A stretch of DNA of 64,000 bases, taken from contig CP143273.1 in NCBI GenBank assembly GCA_051013385.1, forward strand, positions 576,001 through 640,000, in the 5' to 3' direction. Under the pieces are notes generated by a model that made no database searches, was not told where the DNA came from, and saw only the letters and a list, made by a program, of their open reading frames with translations. A program made the translations under genes and the position numbers. Positions 22,284 to 32,992 of the stretch are shown here, in pieces. Positions within the stretch are counted from its first letter, which is position 1. Each line of letters starts with the position of its first letter. This stretch comes from Phormidium sp. GTDB lineage: Bacteria > Cyanobacteriota > Cyanobacteriia > Cyanobacteriales > Aerosakkonemataceae.

Positions 22284-25022
22284 ATGGAAATTAGCCTGTC
22301 AGATAGTAACAATATACTTAGGGCATTAATAGAAGGCACTACGGATGCTATTTTTATTAAAGATATTGCCGGAAAATATCTATTTGTAAATTCTACAACT
22401 GCCCAAATTTTAGGTAAGCCAGCCGGAGAAATTATTGGCAAGGATGATAGAGAAATTTTTGCCTTAGAAACAGCGAGAATAATCATGGAAAATGACCGCA
22501 GAATTATTAGCAGCGGTAAGTCGGAAACGGTAGAGGAAATTATTTCTATTAACAACAACACGCAGGTATATCTGGCAACAAAAAATGTCTATCGAAATTC
22601 ACAAGGAGAAATTATTGGTTTAATTGGAATATCACGGGAGATTACAGACCGCAAAGAAGCAGAAAAAGAACGGTTAGAATTACTGAGAAAATTAAGCCTT
22701 GAAAGTGAAGATTTAACTGCGCTGAGTAAAGTAACAGCTAATGCAGTTAGTACATTAAATTTAGGCGAATTACTAAATGTCTTGCTTCAGCGAATTGTAG
22801 AAGTAATTAAAGCAGATACAGGCGTAATTTTGCTCAAAGAAGGCGATCGCCTCTGGGTGAGGGCTACCATTGGGATTGAAGAAGAACTGCGAGCGGGATT
22901 TAGTGTAGCGATCGGTCAAGGTTTTGCTGGTACTATTGCCGCTTCTCATCAACCACTGTATATAGAAAATGTCCAAGCAAATCCGCTGATAATTAGCCCA
23001 ATTTTAAAAAAACTGAATATTCAGACAATGATGGGTGTACCTTTAAAACGGAATGGGAATTTAGTGGGAGTGCTGCACGTAGATTGGTTTAATAATCATC
23101 CCTTTAGCGATCGAGAATTTCATCTATTAGAAATTACCGCCGAACGCTGTGCAATGGCAATTATTAATGCTCAACTTTATGAGCAAACTAAACAATTACA
23201 AGAACGGTTGCAACTGCAAATCGATCGAATGCCTATAGGTTGTATTCTCAGAGATCGAGACTTTCGGATTATAGATTGGAATCCCGCCGCAGAAAAAATA
23301 TTTGGTTATAGCAAACAAGAAGTATTAGATAAATACCTGGAACACTTAATTACTTCCCCTTCCGCTAGAGGTTTTTTGCAACAAATTCACCAGCAGTTAG
23401 CGGCTGGAGAAATTACAGATCATAGTTTAATGGAAAACATTACTAAAGATGGTCGGACAATTACTTGCGAGTGGCATAACACACCGTTAAAAGATGCTAA
23501 TAATCAAATTGTTAACTATCTGACAATGGTACAAGATGTCAGCGAACGCAAACAAGCAGAAGAAAAATTGCAACGTTATGCTTATTATGATTTAATTACT
23601 GGATTGCCAAATCGCACTTTATTTTTAAAACGACTTAAAGAAACTATTCACTTAGCAAAACATCAGGAAAACAGTTTATTTGCTGTATTATTTTTGAACC
23701 TAGACCGCTTTCAAATGGTTAAATTTAGTTTGGGGCATCATTTAGCCGCTCGCTTGCTGATCACTGCTGCTCAACGAATTCAAAATTGTTTACAAAATAG
23801 AAACTTCTCATTTTTTGATGTTGATTTAGAATCAAATTTAATCGAGGATAACCAAACCTCACAGAAGCCAACTTTCGCGATAAATAATACTTCCAAGAAT
23901 CCCCAGAAATCAAGAAAAGCAATGGTAGCACAAGTAGGATTAGATGAGTTTGCTATCTTGTTAACAAACTTGGGAGAAACTAGCAACGCAACTCAACTTG
24001 CCGAGCAAATTTACCAAGCACTCAGCTATCCTTTCGATCTTGACGGACAGGAAGTTTTTATTACTACTAGTATTGGCATTGCATTCAGTTATGTCGGTTA
24101 TGAACAACCAGAAGATTACCTGCGTGCTGCTGATACAGCCATGCACCAAACTAAACAATTAAGTAAAACTCGTTATGCAGTTTTTGAACCTGGATGGCAA
24201 ACTCAAGCCGTAGAACGCTTGCAGTTAGAAACAGATTTAAGACGAGCGATCGAACGTCAAGAATTTCAAGTTTACTATCAACCAATAGTCTCAATTAAAA
24301 ATGGCAAATTAATTGGTTTTGAAGCCTTAGTCCGTTGGTATCACGCCAGTAGAGGTTGGGTTTCACCAGTAGAATTTATTCCCCTAGCCGAAGAAACCGG
24401 ATTAATTAGTTTAATCGATCGGTATGTACTAAAAGAAGCTTGTTGCCAAATGGTGAATTGGAAACAGAAATTTCCGCAAAAATTCCCCTTAACAATTAGT
24501 GTCAATCTCTCCGCTGCTCAATTAGCACAATTGGGATTAATAGAACGCATCGACCAAATTTTACAAGAAACTGGAATTAACCGAGAAAGTTTGAAAATAG
24601 AAATTACAGAAAGTAGCTTGACGGGAAACTCTACTTCCGAAACAGCCATGTTGCAACAATTAAAAACTTTGGGAATTCAGCTTTCAATAGATGACTTTGG
24701 TACAGGCTACTCTTCTTTAGCAAGGTTGCATCAACTACCAATTGATACTTTGAAAATCGATCGATCCTTTGTCAATCAAATGGCTTTTGATATCGAAAGC
24801 TTAGAAATTGTCCGCACCATCATTTCTTTAGCTCACATTTTAGACATGGATGTGATTGCCGAAGGAGTAGAAACCACCGAACAACTCCTACAATTGCAAT
24901 CTTTAGAATGTGAATATAGTCAGGGTTTCTTGTTTTCTCGACCTGTCGATCGCCAAACAGCAGAAAGATTAATCTCTTCTAACGGTCACTTTGTCTGGGA
25001 AAATCCAAATAATCAACAATGA
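22284..25022 (+). CDS. PAS-GAF-PAS-GGDEF(degenerate)-EAL protein
   Basis: YDLITGLPNR; GLDEF in place of GGDEF; EALVRW and DDFGTGYSS intact. Confidence 0.92.
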   Translation: MEISLSDSNNILRALIEGTTDAIFIKDIAGKYLFVNSTTAQILGKPAGEIIGKDDREIFALETARIIMENDRRIISSGKSETVEEIISINNNTQVYLATKNVYRNSQGEIIGLIGISREITDRKEAEKERLELLRKLSLESEDLTALSKVTANAVSTLNLGELLNVLLQRIVEVIKADTGVILLKEGDRLWVRATIGIEEELRAGFSVAIGQGFAGTIAASHQPLYIENVQANPLIISPILKKLNIQTMMGVPLKRNGNLVGVLHVDWFNNHPFSDREFHLLEITAERCAMAIINAQLYEQTKQLQERLQLQIDRMPIGCILRDRDFRIIDWNPAAEKIFGYSKQEVLDKYLEHLITSPSARGFLQQIHQQLAAGEITDHSLMENITKDGRTITCEWHNTPLKDANNQIVNYLTMVQDVSERKQAEEKLQRYAYYDLITGLPNRTLFLKRLKETIHLAKHQENSLFAVLFLNLDRFQMVKFSLGHHLAARLLITAAQRIQNCLQNRNFSFFDVDLESNLIEDNQTSQKPTFAINNTSKNPQKSRKAMVAQVGLDEFAILLTNLGETSNATQLAEQIYQALSYPFDLDGQEVFITTSIGIAFSYVGYEQPEDYLRAADTAMHQTKQLSKTRYAVFEPGWQTQAVERLQLETDLRRAIERQEFQVYYQPIVSIKNGKLIGFEALVRWYHASRGWVSPVEFIPLAEETGLISLIDRYVLKEACCQMVNWKQKFPQKFPLTISVNLSAAQLAQLGLIERIDQILQETGINRESLKIEITESSLTGNSTSETAMLQQLKTLGIQLSIDDFGTGYSSLARLHQLPIDTLKIDRSFVNQMAFDIESLEIVRTIISLAHILDMDVIAEGVETTEQLLQLQSLECEYSQGFLFSRPVDRQTAERLISSNGHFVWENPNNQQ

Positions 25023-25066
25023 ACAAATATTTATCTTCCTAACTATCATAATTATAATTAAGTTTG

Positions 25067-25253
25067 TAAGTAGGTAGATCTAAATAAAGTAAAACCAAGG
25101 CGGGCAAGATGCCCACCCCACAAAATTTTCAGCTTTCTTGTGGGGTAGGCAGGATGCCCACCCCACAAAATTTTCAGCTTTCTTGTGGGGTAGGCATCCT
25201 GCCTGCCCCATTGATAGATAACTATTTTTACTTTATTTATTGGCACCTACTTA
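25067..25253. mobile_element. MITE-like element with an internal tandem duplication
   Basis: TAAGTAGGT...AAATAAAGTAAAA and TTTTACTTTATTT...ACCTACTTA ends; internal GATGCCCACCCCACAAAATTTTCAGCTTTCTTGTGGGGTAGGCA twice. Confidence 0.7.
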
Positions 25254-25293
25254 GTAGCGACTTTAGTCGTATATTCCGCGCATAATAGGACTA

Positions 25294-25414
25294 CTCAGAT
25301 TTTGCACCATTCTCAACAAGCCTGGAAAAACCGGGTTTCTTGACGGAAAATATAAGGTTTCAGGGTTAGCTATTTGCAAGAAACCCGGTTTTTAGCCCTG
25401 GTGCAAGATCTGAG
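25294..25414. mobile_element. MITE with TIR CTCAGAT(C/T)TTGCACC and ACTA target duplication
   Basis: Flanked by ACTA at 25290-25293 and 25415-25418; second partial copy at about 29080-29189. Confidence 0.8.
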
Positions 25415-25451
25415 ACTAAAGTCCTCACAACGAACCAGGTTTATTACTATC

Positions 25452-26039
25452 ATGACTCAGCGTAAAATTGGTATAACTGGCGGTATTAGTACTGGCAAAA
25501 CAACAGTTTCAAACTATTTAGCCAACACTTACAATTTACCAATTTTAGATGCAGATATTTATGCCCGTGAAGCCGTACAAATTGGTTCCTCAATTTTAAA
25601 CAAAATTACTCAACGTTACGGAACCGAAATCCTTTTACCTGATGGTGCATTAAATCGGCAAAAATTAGGAGAAATAATTTTCCGTGACAATGAAGAACGC
25701 ATTTGGTTAGAACAACAAATACATCCTTATGTCAGACAACGCTTTGCAGAAGCAATGAATCAATTACCATCAAACAGCACAGTTGTCTTAGTCATTCCTC
25801 TACTATTTGAAGCAAAATTAACTGGGTTAGTCACAGAAATTTGGGTAGTATTTGTTGATGAACAACAACAAATAGAACGATTAATGCAGCGAAATAATTT
25901 AACATTGGAACAAGCGAAAGCTAGAATTAGTAGTCAAATGTCACTCGCGGAAAAATGCCAAAAAGCTGATGTAATTTTAGATAATTCTGGCAGCTTGTCA
26001 TACCTTTATCAACAAATAGATGCTGCATTAACCTCTTAA
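25452..26039 (+). CDS. coaE: Dephospho-CoA kinase
   Basis: IGITGGISTGKTT P-loop, LNRQKLGEIIF, IPLLFE; ATG at 25452. Confidence 0.95.
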   Translation: MTQRKIGITGGISTGKTTVSNYLANTYNLPILDADIYAREAVQIGSSILNKITQRYGTEILLPDGALNRQKLGEIIFRDNEERIWLEQQIHPYVRQRFAEAMNQLPSNSTVVLVIPLLFEAKLTGLVTEIWVVFVDEQQQIERLMQRNNLTLEQAKARISSQMSLAEKCQKADVILDNSGSLSYLYQQIDAALTS

Positions 26040-26693
26040 CCTTTCGACAAAAGCTCGATGTTCAGATGTTGCTAAACCCATTTGTAACACCGACTGAACT
26101 TCAACCAAATTGCCAGCTATTAAAGCCGGAACTGCTAACCATAAACCGGGAAAAACTTCACTTTTAATTGTTCCGGTTGCATCCCTTGGTAAAACAATAT
26201 ATTCTCCTTCCCTTAACCGAAACCAATCAATTTTTTTCTCGTTCACTTGCCATACTAAATATTCTTGCACTTGGTTGCGACGATAAACTCTTAATTTATC
26301 TCGTAAATCATAAGAAGCGCTACTCGCAGCTATTTCAGCAATGAATTCTGGCGCTCCTTCTAAATAATCATCTTCACTAATAATTGTTTGTCCACCATGA
26401 TCAATTCTTAATAGTGCATCAGGTTGAGGTTCATTATCAGCATCAAGACGAACTGTAGTATTATCAAATAATCCAACTCCCGGTGTAGCCGTCCAGTAAG
26501 TTCCTAACCAAGTCATAATTCCAGCATGAGGTTGACCGTGAGTTACCCGAACTGGCGATCCCATATAAACTACTCCTTCAATTAATTCCGCTTTTTTCAA
26601 ATTAGGCATTGTTTGGTAGCGTCGTTCAAATTCAGCACGAGTTAAACGATCGCCATTTTCCAAAGGCAAAATTTTCGCCATTATTTCAGTCAT
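26028..26693 (-). CDS. Uma2-family endonuclease-like protein
   Basis: LENGDRLTRAEFERRY, ELIEGVVYM, EPQPD, GAPEFIAEI. Confidence 0.92.
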   Translation of the reverse strand: MTEIMAKILPLENGDRLTRAEFERRYQTMPNLKKAELIEGVVYMGSPVRVTHGQPHAGIMTWLGTYWTATPGVGLFDNTTVRLDADNEPQPDALLRIDHGGQTIISEDDYLEGAPEFIAEIAASSASYDLRDKLRVYRRNQVQEYLVWQVNEKKIDWFRLREGEYIVLPRDATGTIKSEVFPGLWLAVPALIAGNLVEVQSVLQMGLATSEHRAFVERLRG

Positions 26694-26788
26694 AATTCAA
26701 CCTCCAATTAAAAGAAATAGTAATCAACCCGGTTCGTTGTGACGACTTTAGTCCTTCTAGCTGACAAAGAAACGACTAAAGTCGTCAC

Positions 26789-26892
26789 TAGGACTTACGC
26801 ATAAAAACCCGGTTTCTCAACAAAATCGTTGGTTTAGATGAGCAAGGTTAACGCTCTAAACCGGGTTTTTGACCCACGCTGCGTAAGTCCTG
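26789..26892. mobile_element. MITE with TIR AGGACTTACGCA and GTCAC target duplication
   Basis: GTCAC at 26784-26788 and 26893-26897; an uninterrupted copy of the host repeat lies at about 26914-26983. Confidence 0.82.
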
Positions 26893-26993
26893 GTCACAAC
26901 AAACCTCATGCTCAACCCGTTTCGTTGTGAGGACTTTAGTCCTTCTAACTGACAAAGAAACGACTAAAGTCGGCACAACAAACTTAATATTAA

Positions 26994-28400
26994 TTACGCT
27001 GCTTCTCCGCCGACAATTACATTTTTAATTCGCAAAGAAGGGCCACCGCAACCTACAGGTAAACCACTTTGTCCACCTTTACCACAACCGCCGGACTCAT
27101 CCCAGTAAAAATCATCGCCGATCGCTTCAATATCAGCCAAAGTACTAAACACATTTCCTGAAAGAGTCACATCGCGCACAGGTTCAGCAATTTCTCCATT
27201 GCGGATCATCCAAGCTTCCCCAGCACTAAAAGTAAACATTTCTCCATTCGTCATTCCCCCCAACCAATTACGTGCATAAACCCCTTCTTTGATATCAGCA
27301 AATAAATCCTTAACAGGTGTTTTTCCCGGTTCAATCCAAGTATTAGTCATCCGCACTAATGGGGGATAATGATAATTTAAACACCGGGCATTTCCCGTCG
27401 CAGTTTCTCCCAGTTTGCCTGCGGTTTCACGAGAATGCAATCTACCGACTAAAACGCCATCTTTAATTAATTGCGTAGTAGTTGCTGGAACACCTTCATC
27501 ATCGTAAAAATAGCTACCTCGATGTCCTTCTGGGGCTGCACCATCAAAAATTTGCAATTCTTTTGGCCCAAATCTGCGTCCGATCGTCATTACTTCCAAC
27601 AAGTCAGGATTTTCATAAGTCATATCTGCTTCCGAAAGATGACCAAAAGCTTCATGAACAAACAACCCGCTTAAAATCGGGTCAATCACCACCGTGTAAG
27701 TGTTACCTTTAACTGGAGGTAAAGCTAAGGCATCAACGGCGCGTTGTGCAGCACTTTTAACTTGGGAATCTAAACCAATTAAATCTTCATAAGCTTTGCG
27801 CGATCCTGTAGTTTCCCGACCAGTTTGTACGGTGTCTCCATTTCTCGCAGTAGCAGCAAAGCGCATTTCCATATCCACCCAAGATTGTTCTAGCATGGTG
27901 CCTTCGGAAGTAGCGAGAATCACTCGTTGGGCATTGTCACCATAACGGACTGAAGTAGTAGTAATCCGTTTATCTAGGCTACGGAGAATTTCTGTGTAGC
28001 GATCGCACAACTCTTTCTTTTGGGCTAAAGAAATTTGGCGCGGATCGGTCCCAGTTAAAGGTAAACTGCAAACATCCTGCACTGCTTGAATCGGTGCCAG
28101 AATTGTCTCTTCTTCCCCTACCATTCTGGCAGCTGCGATCGCTTCCTCCACCCGTTCTTTGAGCGTTGAAAGTTTATTAAAGCTAGCAAAACCCCAACCC
28201 CCCTTGTAACAAGCTCTCACCTGTCCCCCAAGCGAGATCCCTTGGGAAAGGGTTTCTATCTTATCCGCTCGCAGTAAAATCTCAGTCCCTTCCGATTCTT
28301 CCAGCCGAATCGCCAAATAGTCAACTTGCGATCGATAACGAGCAATCAAATCAGAAAGCAGGTTTTTCCCATTGATCAGTAAAGTCTGCATGACAGGCAA
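26994..28400 (-). CDS. tldD: TldD/PmbA family metalloprotease (start may be 28391)
   Basis: HEAFGHLSEAD, DDEG, RMTNT, GCGKGGQ. Confidence 0.9.
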   Translation of the reverse strand: MPVMQTLLINGKNLLSDLIARYRSQVDYLAIRLEESEGTEILLRADKIETLSQGISLGGQVRACYKGGWGFASFNKLSTLKERVEEAIAAARMVGEEETILAPIQAVQDVCSLPLTGTDPRQISLAQKKELCDRYTEILRSLDKRITTTSVRYGDNAQRVILATSEGTMLEQSWVDMEMRFAATARNGDTVQTGRETTGSRKAYEDLIGLDSQVKSAAQRAVDALALPPVKGNTYTVVIDPILSGLFVHEAFGHLSEADMTYENPDLLEVMTIGRRFGPKELQIFDGAAPEGHRGSYFYDDEGVPATTTQLIKDGVLVGRLHSRETAGKLGETATGNARCLNYHYPPLVRMTNTWIEPGKTPVKDLFADIKEGVYARNWLGGMTNGEMFTFSAGEAWMIRNGEIAEPVRDVTLSGNVFSTLADIEAIGDDFYWDESGGCGKGGQSGLPVGCGGPSLRIKNVIVGGEAA

Positions 28401-28437
28401 CTCTTGAATAAAAGTTTAAGTTAACCGAAACGTGAGC

Positions 28438-28568
28438 TATACTCGGCGCGGTCACAAACTGTGGTTTTTGATTTGTAGGGGCGAAGCATTCCGGCAATAA
28501 TTTGTTGGTTATCGCCAAATATATGTACCGGAATGCTTCGCCCCTACTCTATGACCGTGAACAGTATA
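28438..28568. repeat. REP doublet inside imperfect outer inverted repeats
   Basis: GTAGGGGCGAAGCATTCCGG...CCGGAATGCTTCGCCCCTAC (28475-28547), same REP as in 67-260. Confidence 0.75.
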
Positions 28569-28837
28569 ATTCGATCTATTCTGCAATTTAATGGGTAGCG
28601 TTAGCTAGTGCAACAAGGCTCCAAGGCTCCAAGGCAGAAAGCTCGCCGGAAAGAATGCTTTTCTGTTCAGCTTTTCAGAAGTTTTCAACTGCTCAATCTT
28701 TCTGCTGTACTCCACTAGTGACAGCCAATATCTCACCCCGGAAAAACACTTTACTGTAAGTATTAGATTTTACAGTTAATTTGGGCAAGTTATAAATATA
28801 AGTTGTTCAGCATCTACTATTTGGAGAAAAAAAGTTT

Positions 28838-29038
28838 ATGAATATTCATGTTTTCCGAGCCGAACTATATAGAAACGAAAACAAAACTAAAGGATTTACA
28901 ACTGTTGACTTCATGGCGCATATCTTTGTAGTAATCATGTTTGTCTTTACGATGTTAGTTTACTTTACTTCATCAAATACCTGCCAAAGTACAGCTTGCT
29001 ATGGGCCGAAAATCTTCCGAGTTCCGGTTAGATATTAG
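28838..29038 (+). CDS. Small putative membrane protein
   Basis: 66 aa, one hydrophobic segment, GGAG upstream. Confidence 0.45.
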   Translation: MNIHVFRAELYRNENKTKGFTTVDFMAHIFVVIMFVFTMLVYFTSSNTCQSTACYGPKIFRVPVRY

Positions 29039-29273
29039 TTAGAAAATCGATCGAGGTTAAAGGATAAACTGAGATAAGAGCACCATTCTCAACAAGACTT
29101 GAAAAACCGGGTTATGAACGAAAAAGCTGGGCTTTCAGATTTAGCTATTTGCAAGAAACCCGGTTTTTAGCCCGGGTGCAAGATCTGAGTAAAGAAAAGT
29201 TCGTCAGCTTTCACCTGGATCTTTTAACCTAACTGTAAAATCTAGTAGTCAGAATCGCCAAATCTCGTAAAGT

Positions 29274-30521
29274 ATGAATTTAGAAGATCAGAGCCAAAAT
29301 TTGACATTGTTTGGGCTACCAGCAGAGCGGGGAAGATGGTTATTAATTCCTTTAGGGATGATCGTTTTGCTTTGCTTGGGGACAGTTTATTCCTGGAGCA
29401 TTTTTAGAAAGCCGCTAGAAACGTTACTCAATATTGGCGCAACCCAAAGTTTGTTACCTTACACTGTTGCCTTAGTTTTTTATGCAACACTGATGCCAAT
29501 CACGGGTTTTTATATCGATCGCATTGGCACCCGAAAAATTACTGCGATCGGTGGTTTAATTGCTGGAGTGGGATACATTCTTTCTAGTTTCGCCACCAAC
29601 ATCTCCGTGCTGGCTTTTACTTATGGGGTGATTGCAGGAAGTGGCGTTGGCATTGCTTATGGAGTACCGATGGTAGTTTCGGCTCGTTGGTTTCCCGATC
29701 AAAAAGGTCTAGCTGTTGGTTTGACTATTGTTGGTTTTGGGTTATCTCCGTTGGTAACGGCTCCCTTAGCGAAGAGTTTGATTGATGCTTATGGAATTAG
29801 ACAAACTTTGTTGATTCTGGGGATCGTTTTTACGAGCGCTATTTCATTAATTTCCCTGGCTCTGAAACTACCACCTCCAGGATGGAGCCCAAAAGGGAGA
29901 AATGTTTCTCAAACTAAGCAAATTTCAGTGCCAACTAATCGTCCCAATATGTTACAAACTCGTTCGTTTTACGGGTTGTGGGTTTGTTACATGATTGGTG
30001 CTTTAGTTGGGTTAAGCGCGATCGGCATTTCCAGCCCAGTAGCACAGGAAATTATCGAAATCGAGCCGGTTTTAGCTGCTAGTAGTGTTTCCCTATTTGC
30101 GGTTTTCAATGGTTTAAGTCGTCCTTTATTTGGCTGGTTAACCGATCGCTTTCCACCCAAATATGTAGCAACAGCAACCTACGTTTTGATTATCATTGCT
30201 TCCATTTTGATGATCAATGCTCGCTCTGGACAAGTCGCCACATACCTAATTGCATTCTGTTTATTTTGGTTCTGTTTAGGCGGATGGTTAGCACTCGCAC
30301 CCACAGCAACTTTGACTTTATTTAAACCAGAAAATTATGCCAAAAATTACGGAATTGTTTTTACAGCCTACGGTGTGGGCGCACTTTTGGGAACTGTGGT
30401 TGCCGGGAGAATTCGCGATCTGTTTGGAACCTACACCTACGCCTTTTATCCAACCGCGTTTCTCGCTGTAATTGGAATTGTGGTAGCGATTACAACATTA
30501 AAGCGCGATCCTCTCACCTGA
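29274..30521 (+). CDS. MFS transporter, oxalate:formate antiporter (OFA) family
   Basis: About 12 TM segments; YSWSIF, RWFPDQKGLAVG, KNYGIVFTAYG. Confidence 0.9.
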   Translation: MNLEDQSQNLTLFGLPAERGRWLLIPLGMIVLLCLGTVYSWSIFRKPLETLLNIGATQSLLPYTVALVFYATLMPITGFYIDRIGTRKITAIGGLIAGVGYILSSFATNISVLAFTYGVIAGSGVGIAYGVPMVVSARWFPDQKGLAVGLTIVGFGLSPLVTAPLAKSLIDAYGIRQTLLILGIVFTSAISLISLALKLPPPGWSPKGRNVSQTKQISVPTNRPNMLQTRSFYGLWVCYMIGALVGLSAIGISSPVAQEIIEIEPVLAASSVSLFAVFNGLSRPLFGWLTDRFPPKYVATATYVLIIIASILMINARSGQVATYLIAFCLFWFCLGGWLALAPTATLTLFKPENYAKNYGIVFTAYGVGALLGTVVAGRIRDLFGTYTYAFYPTAFLAVIGIVVAITTLKRDPLT

Positions 30522-31182
30522 TAGTTAATTGAACGCACCCCAACTAAATCGGAGATTATAGTTGGGGACTGGGCTCAACATTACTTGATGTTTGATAATT
30601 TTAGATATAAAAACAACCGAGAGAGTTAATCAGTTCTCGGATTATTTTGACTTTGCTCAACAGCGGAAACCCTGGCATAAGCAATTATCTCCAGGATTTC
30701 AGCAATTTTCTCCTGTTTGTTCACAAGCACCAATTCAGGTTTATTTTAGCGACGATCAAGAAATTCCTAAGATTTCTTTGACGCGATTGATTCCCATCCA
30801 TTCAGCTTCATCTAAACTGGGAATATTGGAATCATCTGCGATTACTTTATTTATGTCAGTATTAATGACATAATAACAATATTCAGTTTCTCTTCTCAAA
30901 TCAATTTCAATCACCAGAGAAGAACTAAATTGAATTTGCTTAACTACCATAGCAGTAATCCTCAAGACACATCAATCCCATATCGCGTAGCGTCCAGATT
31001 TATCGCTATTCAAGTTCTTTATCCCAAAATAAAAACCCCAATATTGCTATTGAGGCTAATTCAACTAAACTGGTTTTTTGAATTGATCTGGCAAAAATCG
31101 AGAGCGATCGCCATCTTCATCTTCAATATCGTAAAGCCAACAGAAAACATTTCCGTGTTGTTTCAGCCTTTTATCCAAAACG

Positions 31183-31731
31183 GTGAGTTGGTCAGATGGC
31201 GATAAATTGCCAAAAATAGCCGATTTAAAAATCATTCAGGATTTTGATGAGAGCGAAGGTATAGAAAGAATTAATCTTTCCTTTGGCACAATTACAAATG
31301 GCGTGAAGGGATCGATTACAACAGCTTGCGCTATCATTCAAACAAGTAGTGAAGAAACCTTAACTTCCATACCTGCTCATCAATGGGTAGGAACATCACT
31401 GCAATTACAAAACCCTGATTCTAGTTGGGGAGAATTAGTTAACCTCAAAGGCGATAAAGGCTCACGAGGCTCACGAGGCTCACGAGGCGATAGTGGTCTC
31501 GGTGTCAGTGGGAGCGAAAAAATCTTATTTGCCGAAACTGAATTGTCACCATTAACGTCACAGTTCTTAGATATGGAAAATCCTTTGTTAACAATTCACA
31601 GAATTTCTGTGTCAAGTCCCGCCAGAATTAGAGGATATCTATCAACCGAATCTAGGAAGTTAGATAGTATTGCCAGCCATGTTTGCCAAAACTGGGATGT
31701 TCGGCGTTGCTTGGACTGTACTTGCCGCTGA
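31183..31731 (+). pseudogene. Probable remnant of a phage/collagen-like tail protein gene
   Basis: HQWVGTSLQLQNPDSSWGELVNLKGDKG followed by short G-X-Y repeats (GGCTCACGA x3); surrounding ORFs are fragmentary. Confidence 0.4.
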
Positions 31732-31942
31732 TGCACCATGTTTGCTAGTAGATTTATGCCATTTATAGAGGAATTCTCATTATGATGACTGAATTTAAAA
31801 ACCTTGCGAGTTGACCAAAAAGAATCAGATAAACTTTTACAAGAAACCTCAGAACCAGTAGAAACTGATGATGTCATGTAATGGTTTCATTGCTGCGCCA
31901 AGTTAGGGGTTGCTGCGATTAAGGAAAGCTCCTTTTCCATAG

Positions 31943-32566
31943 ATGAGTTGTAATCAGAGACAAGCAAACACAAACACTAATTCAACTCAAACAATGGTAA
32001 CAGCACGCCAAGTAATGATCTTCGCAGATAGCGACAACACCTTTTTAGCAGCCCAAAGCTTTAACAGAAAGTTAGATTGGCTAAAAATTCGCGACTATCT
32101 AGCAAATCCTGCTGAAGGCAGAGAACTAATTGAAATGGTTCTTTTTGTGGGTTTACCACCAGCCAGAGAAAGATTTGAAGAACAACGGAAAACTAAAGAA
32201 AAATTCATTTATTGGGCAAAGAACAATGGGTTTTTAGTAGTTACCAAAGAAGGTAAAACCAAAGGTGAAGAATACGAAAATAACATCGATATTGTAATGG
32301 CAATGGATGCCTTAGAATTGGCTCTAGAAGTTCGCCCCGACATCGTTGTTTTAGTTACCGGAGATTCTGACTTTGCTTATTTAGCTGAAAAACTGAGAAG
32401 GCGGGGAATGCGCGTAGAAGTCGCATCAGTGGAACAATCATTAGGAAATGAACTAAAAAATGCCGCTAGTAGCACCATAGATTTGATTGAAATTTTCGAT
32501 AGTTTCGAGCAGCAAAACAACAATCAAACCTATTATCGAATCGGCAATGCCAATATTTTCGACTGA
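31943..32566 (+). CDS. NYN/LabA (PIN-like) domain nuclease
   Basis: IFADSDN, NIDIVMAMD, LVTGDSDF acidic motifs. Confidence 0.9.
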   Translation: MSCNQRQANTNTNSTQTMVTARQVMIFADSDNTFLAAQSFNRKLDWLKIRDYLANPAEGRELIEMVLFVGLPPARERFEEQRKTKEKFIYWAKNNGFLVVTKEGKTKGEEYENNIDIVMAMDALELALEVRPDIVVLVTGDSDFAYLAEKLRRRGMRVEVASVEQSLGNELKNAASSTIDLIEIFDSFEQQNNNQTYYRIGNANIFD

Positions 32567-32621
32567 TTTAAATTGGCAATTTACTTATTAACAACCCTTC
32601 TACCAAAAAGTAATTAAACCA

Positions 32622-32951
32622 ATGCAAACACTTAATGGCAAATTAGTTGTGCCAGATCCCAATGAATTTCCGTACATAAACCGACAAATGGAAGATTTCA
32701 CTCACCAGTTAGAACAAATAGAACTGCAAGTAGTCACAGCCCAACAACTCGATCGGAGAGAGTACATCAACCAACTAAAAATCCTCAGAGTCTCAGTACA
32801 AAACTTAGAGCAACTCTACAAACAATTATTGTCTACAACCATCATCAGTGCAGTAATTTTAACAGTTTTGTTCTTTTGGTTAGCGGTAATGCGCCAACCA
32901 TCATGCAACAAATCTCAAGCAAATAATTCAGTTGTTATTTGGAAAAGTTAG
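32622..32951 (+). CDS. Small coiled-coil protein with one C-terminal TM helix
   Basis: Heptad-like region followed by IISAVILTVLFFWLAVM. Confidence 0.75.
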   Translation: MQTLNGKLVVPDPNEFPYINRQMEDFTHQLEQIELQVVTAQQLDRREYINQLKILRVSVQNLEQLYKQLLSTTIISAVILTVLFFWLAVMRQPSCNKSQANNSVVIWKS

Positions 32952-32992
32952 TCATTTGTAATTAGTCATTAATCACACCAAAGAGGGAAAAC

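Noticed and set aside
25374..25451. N-terminal extension of coaE from a TTG start
   Set aside because: Lies in MITE/repeat DNA; the CoaE motif starts right after ATG 25452
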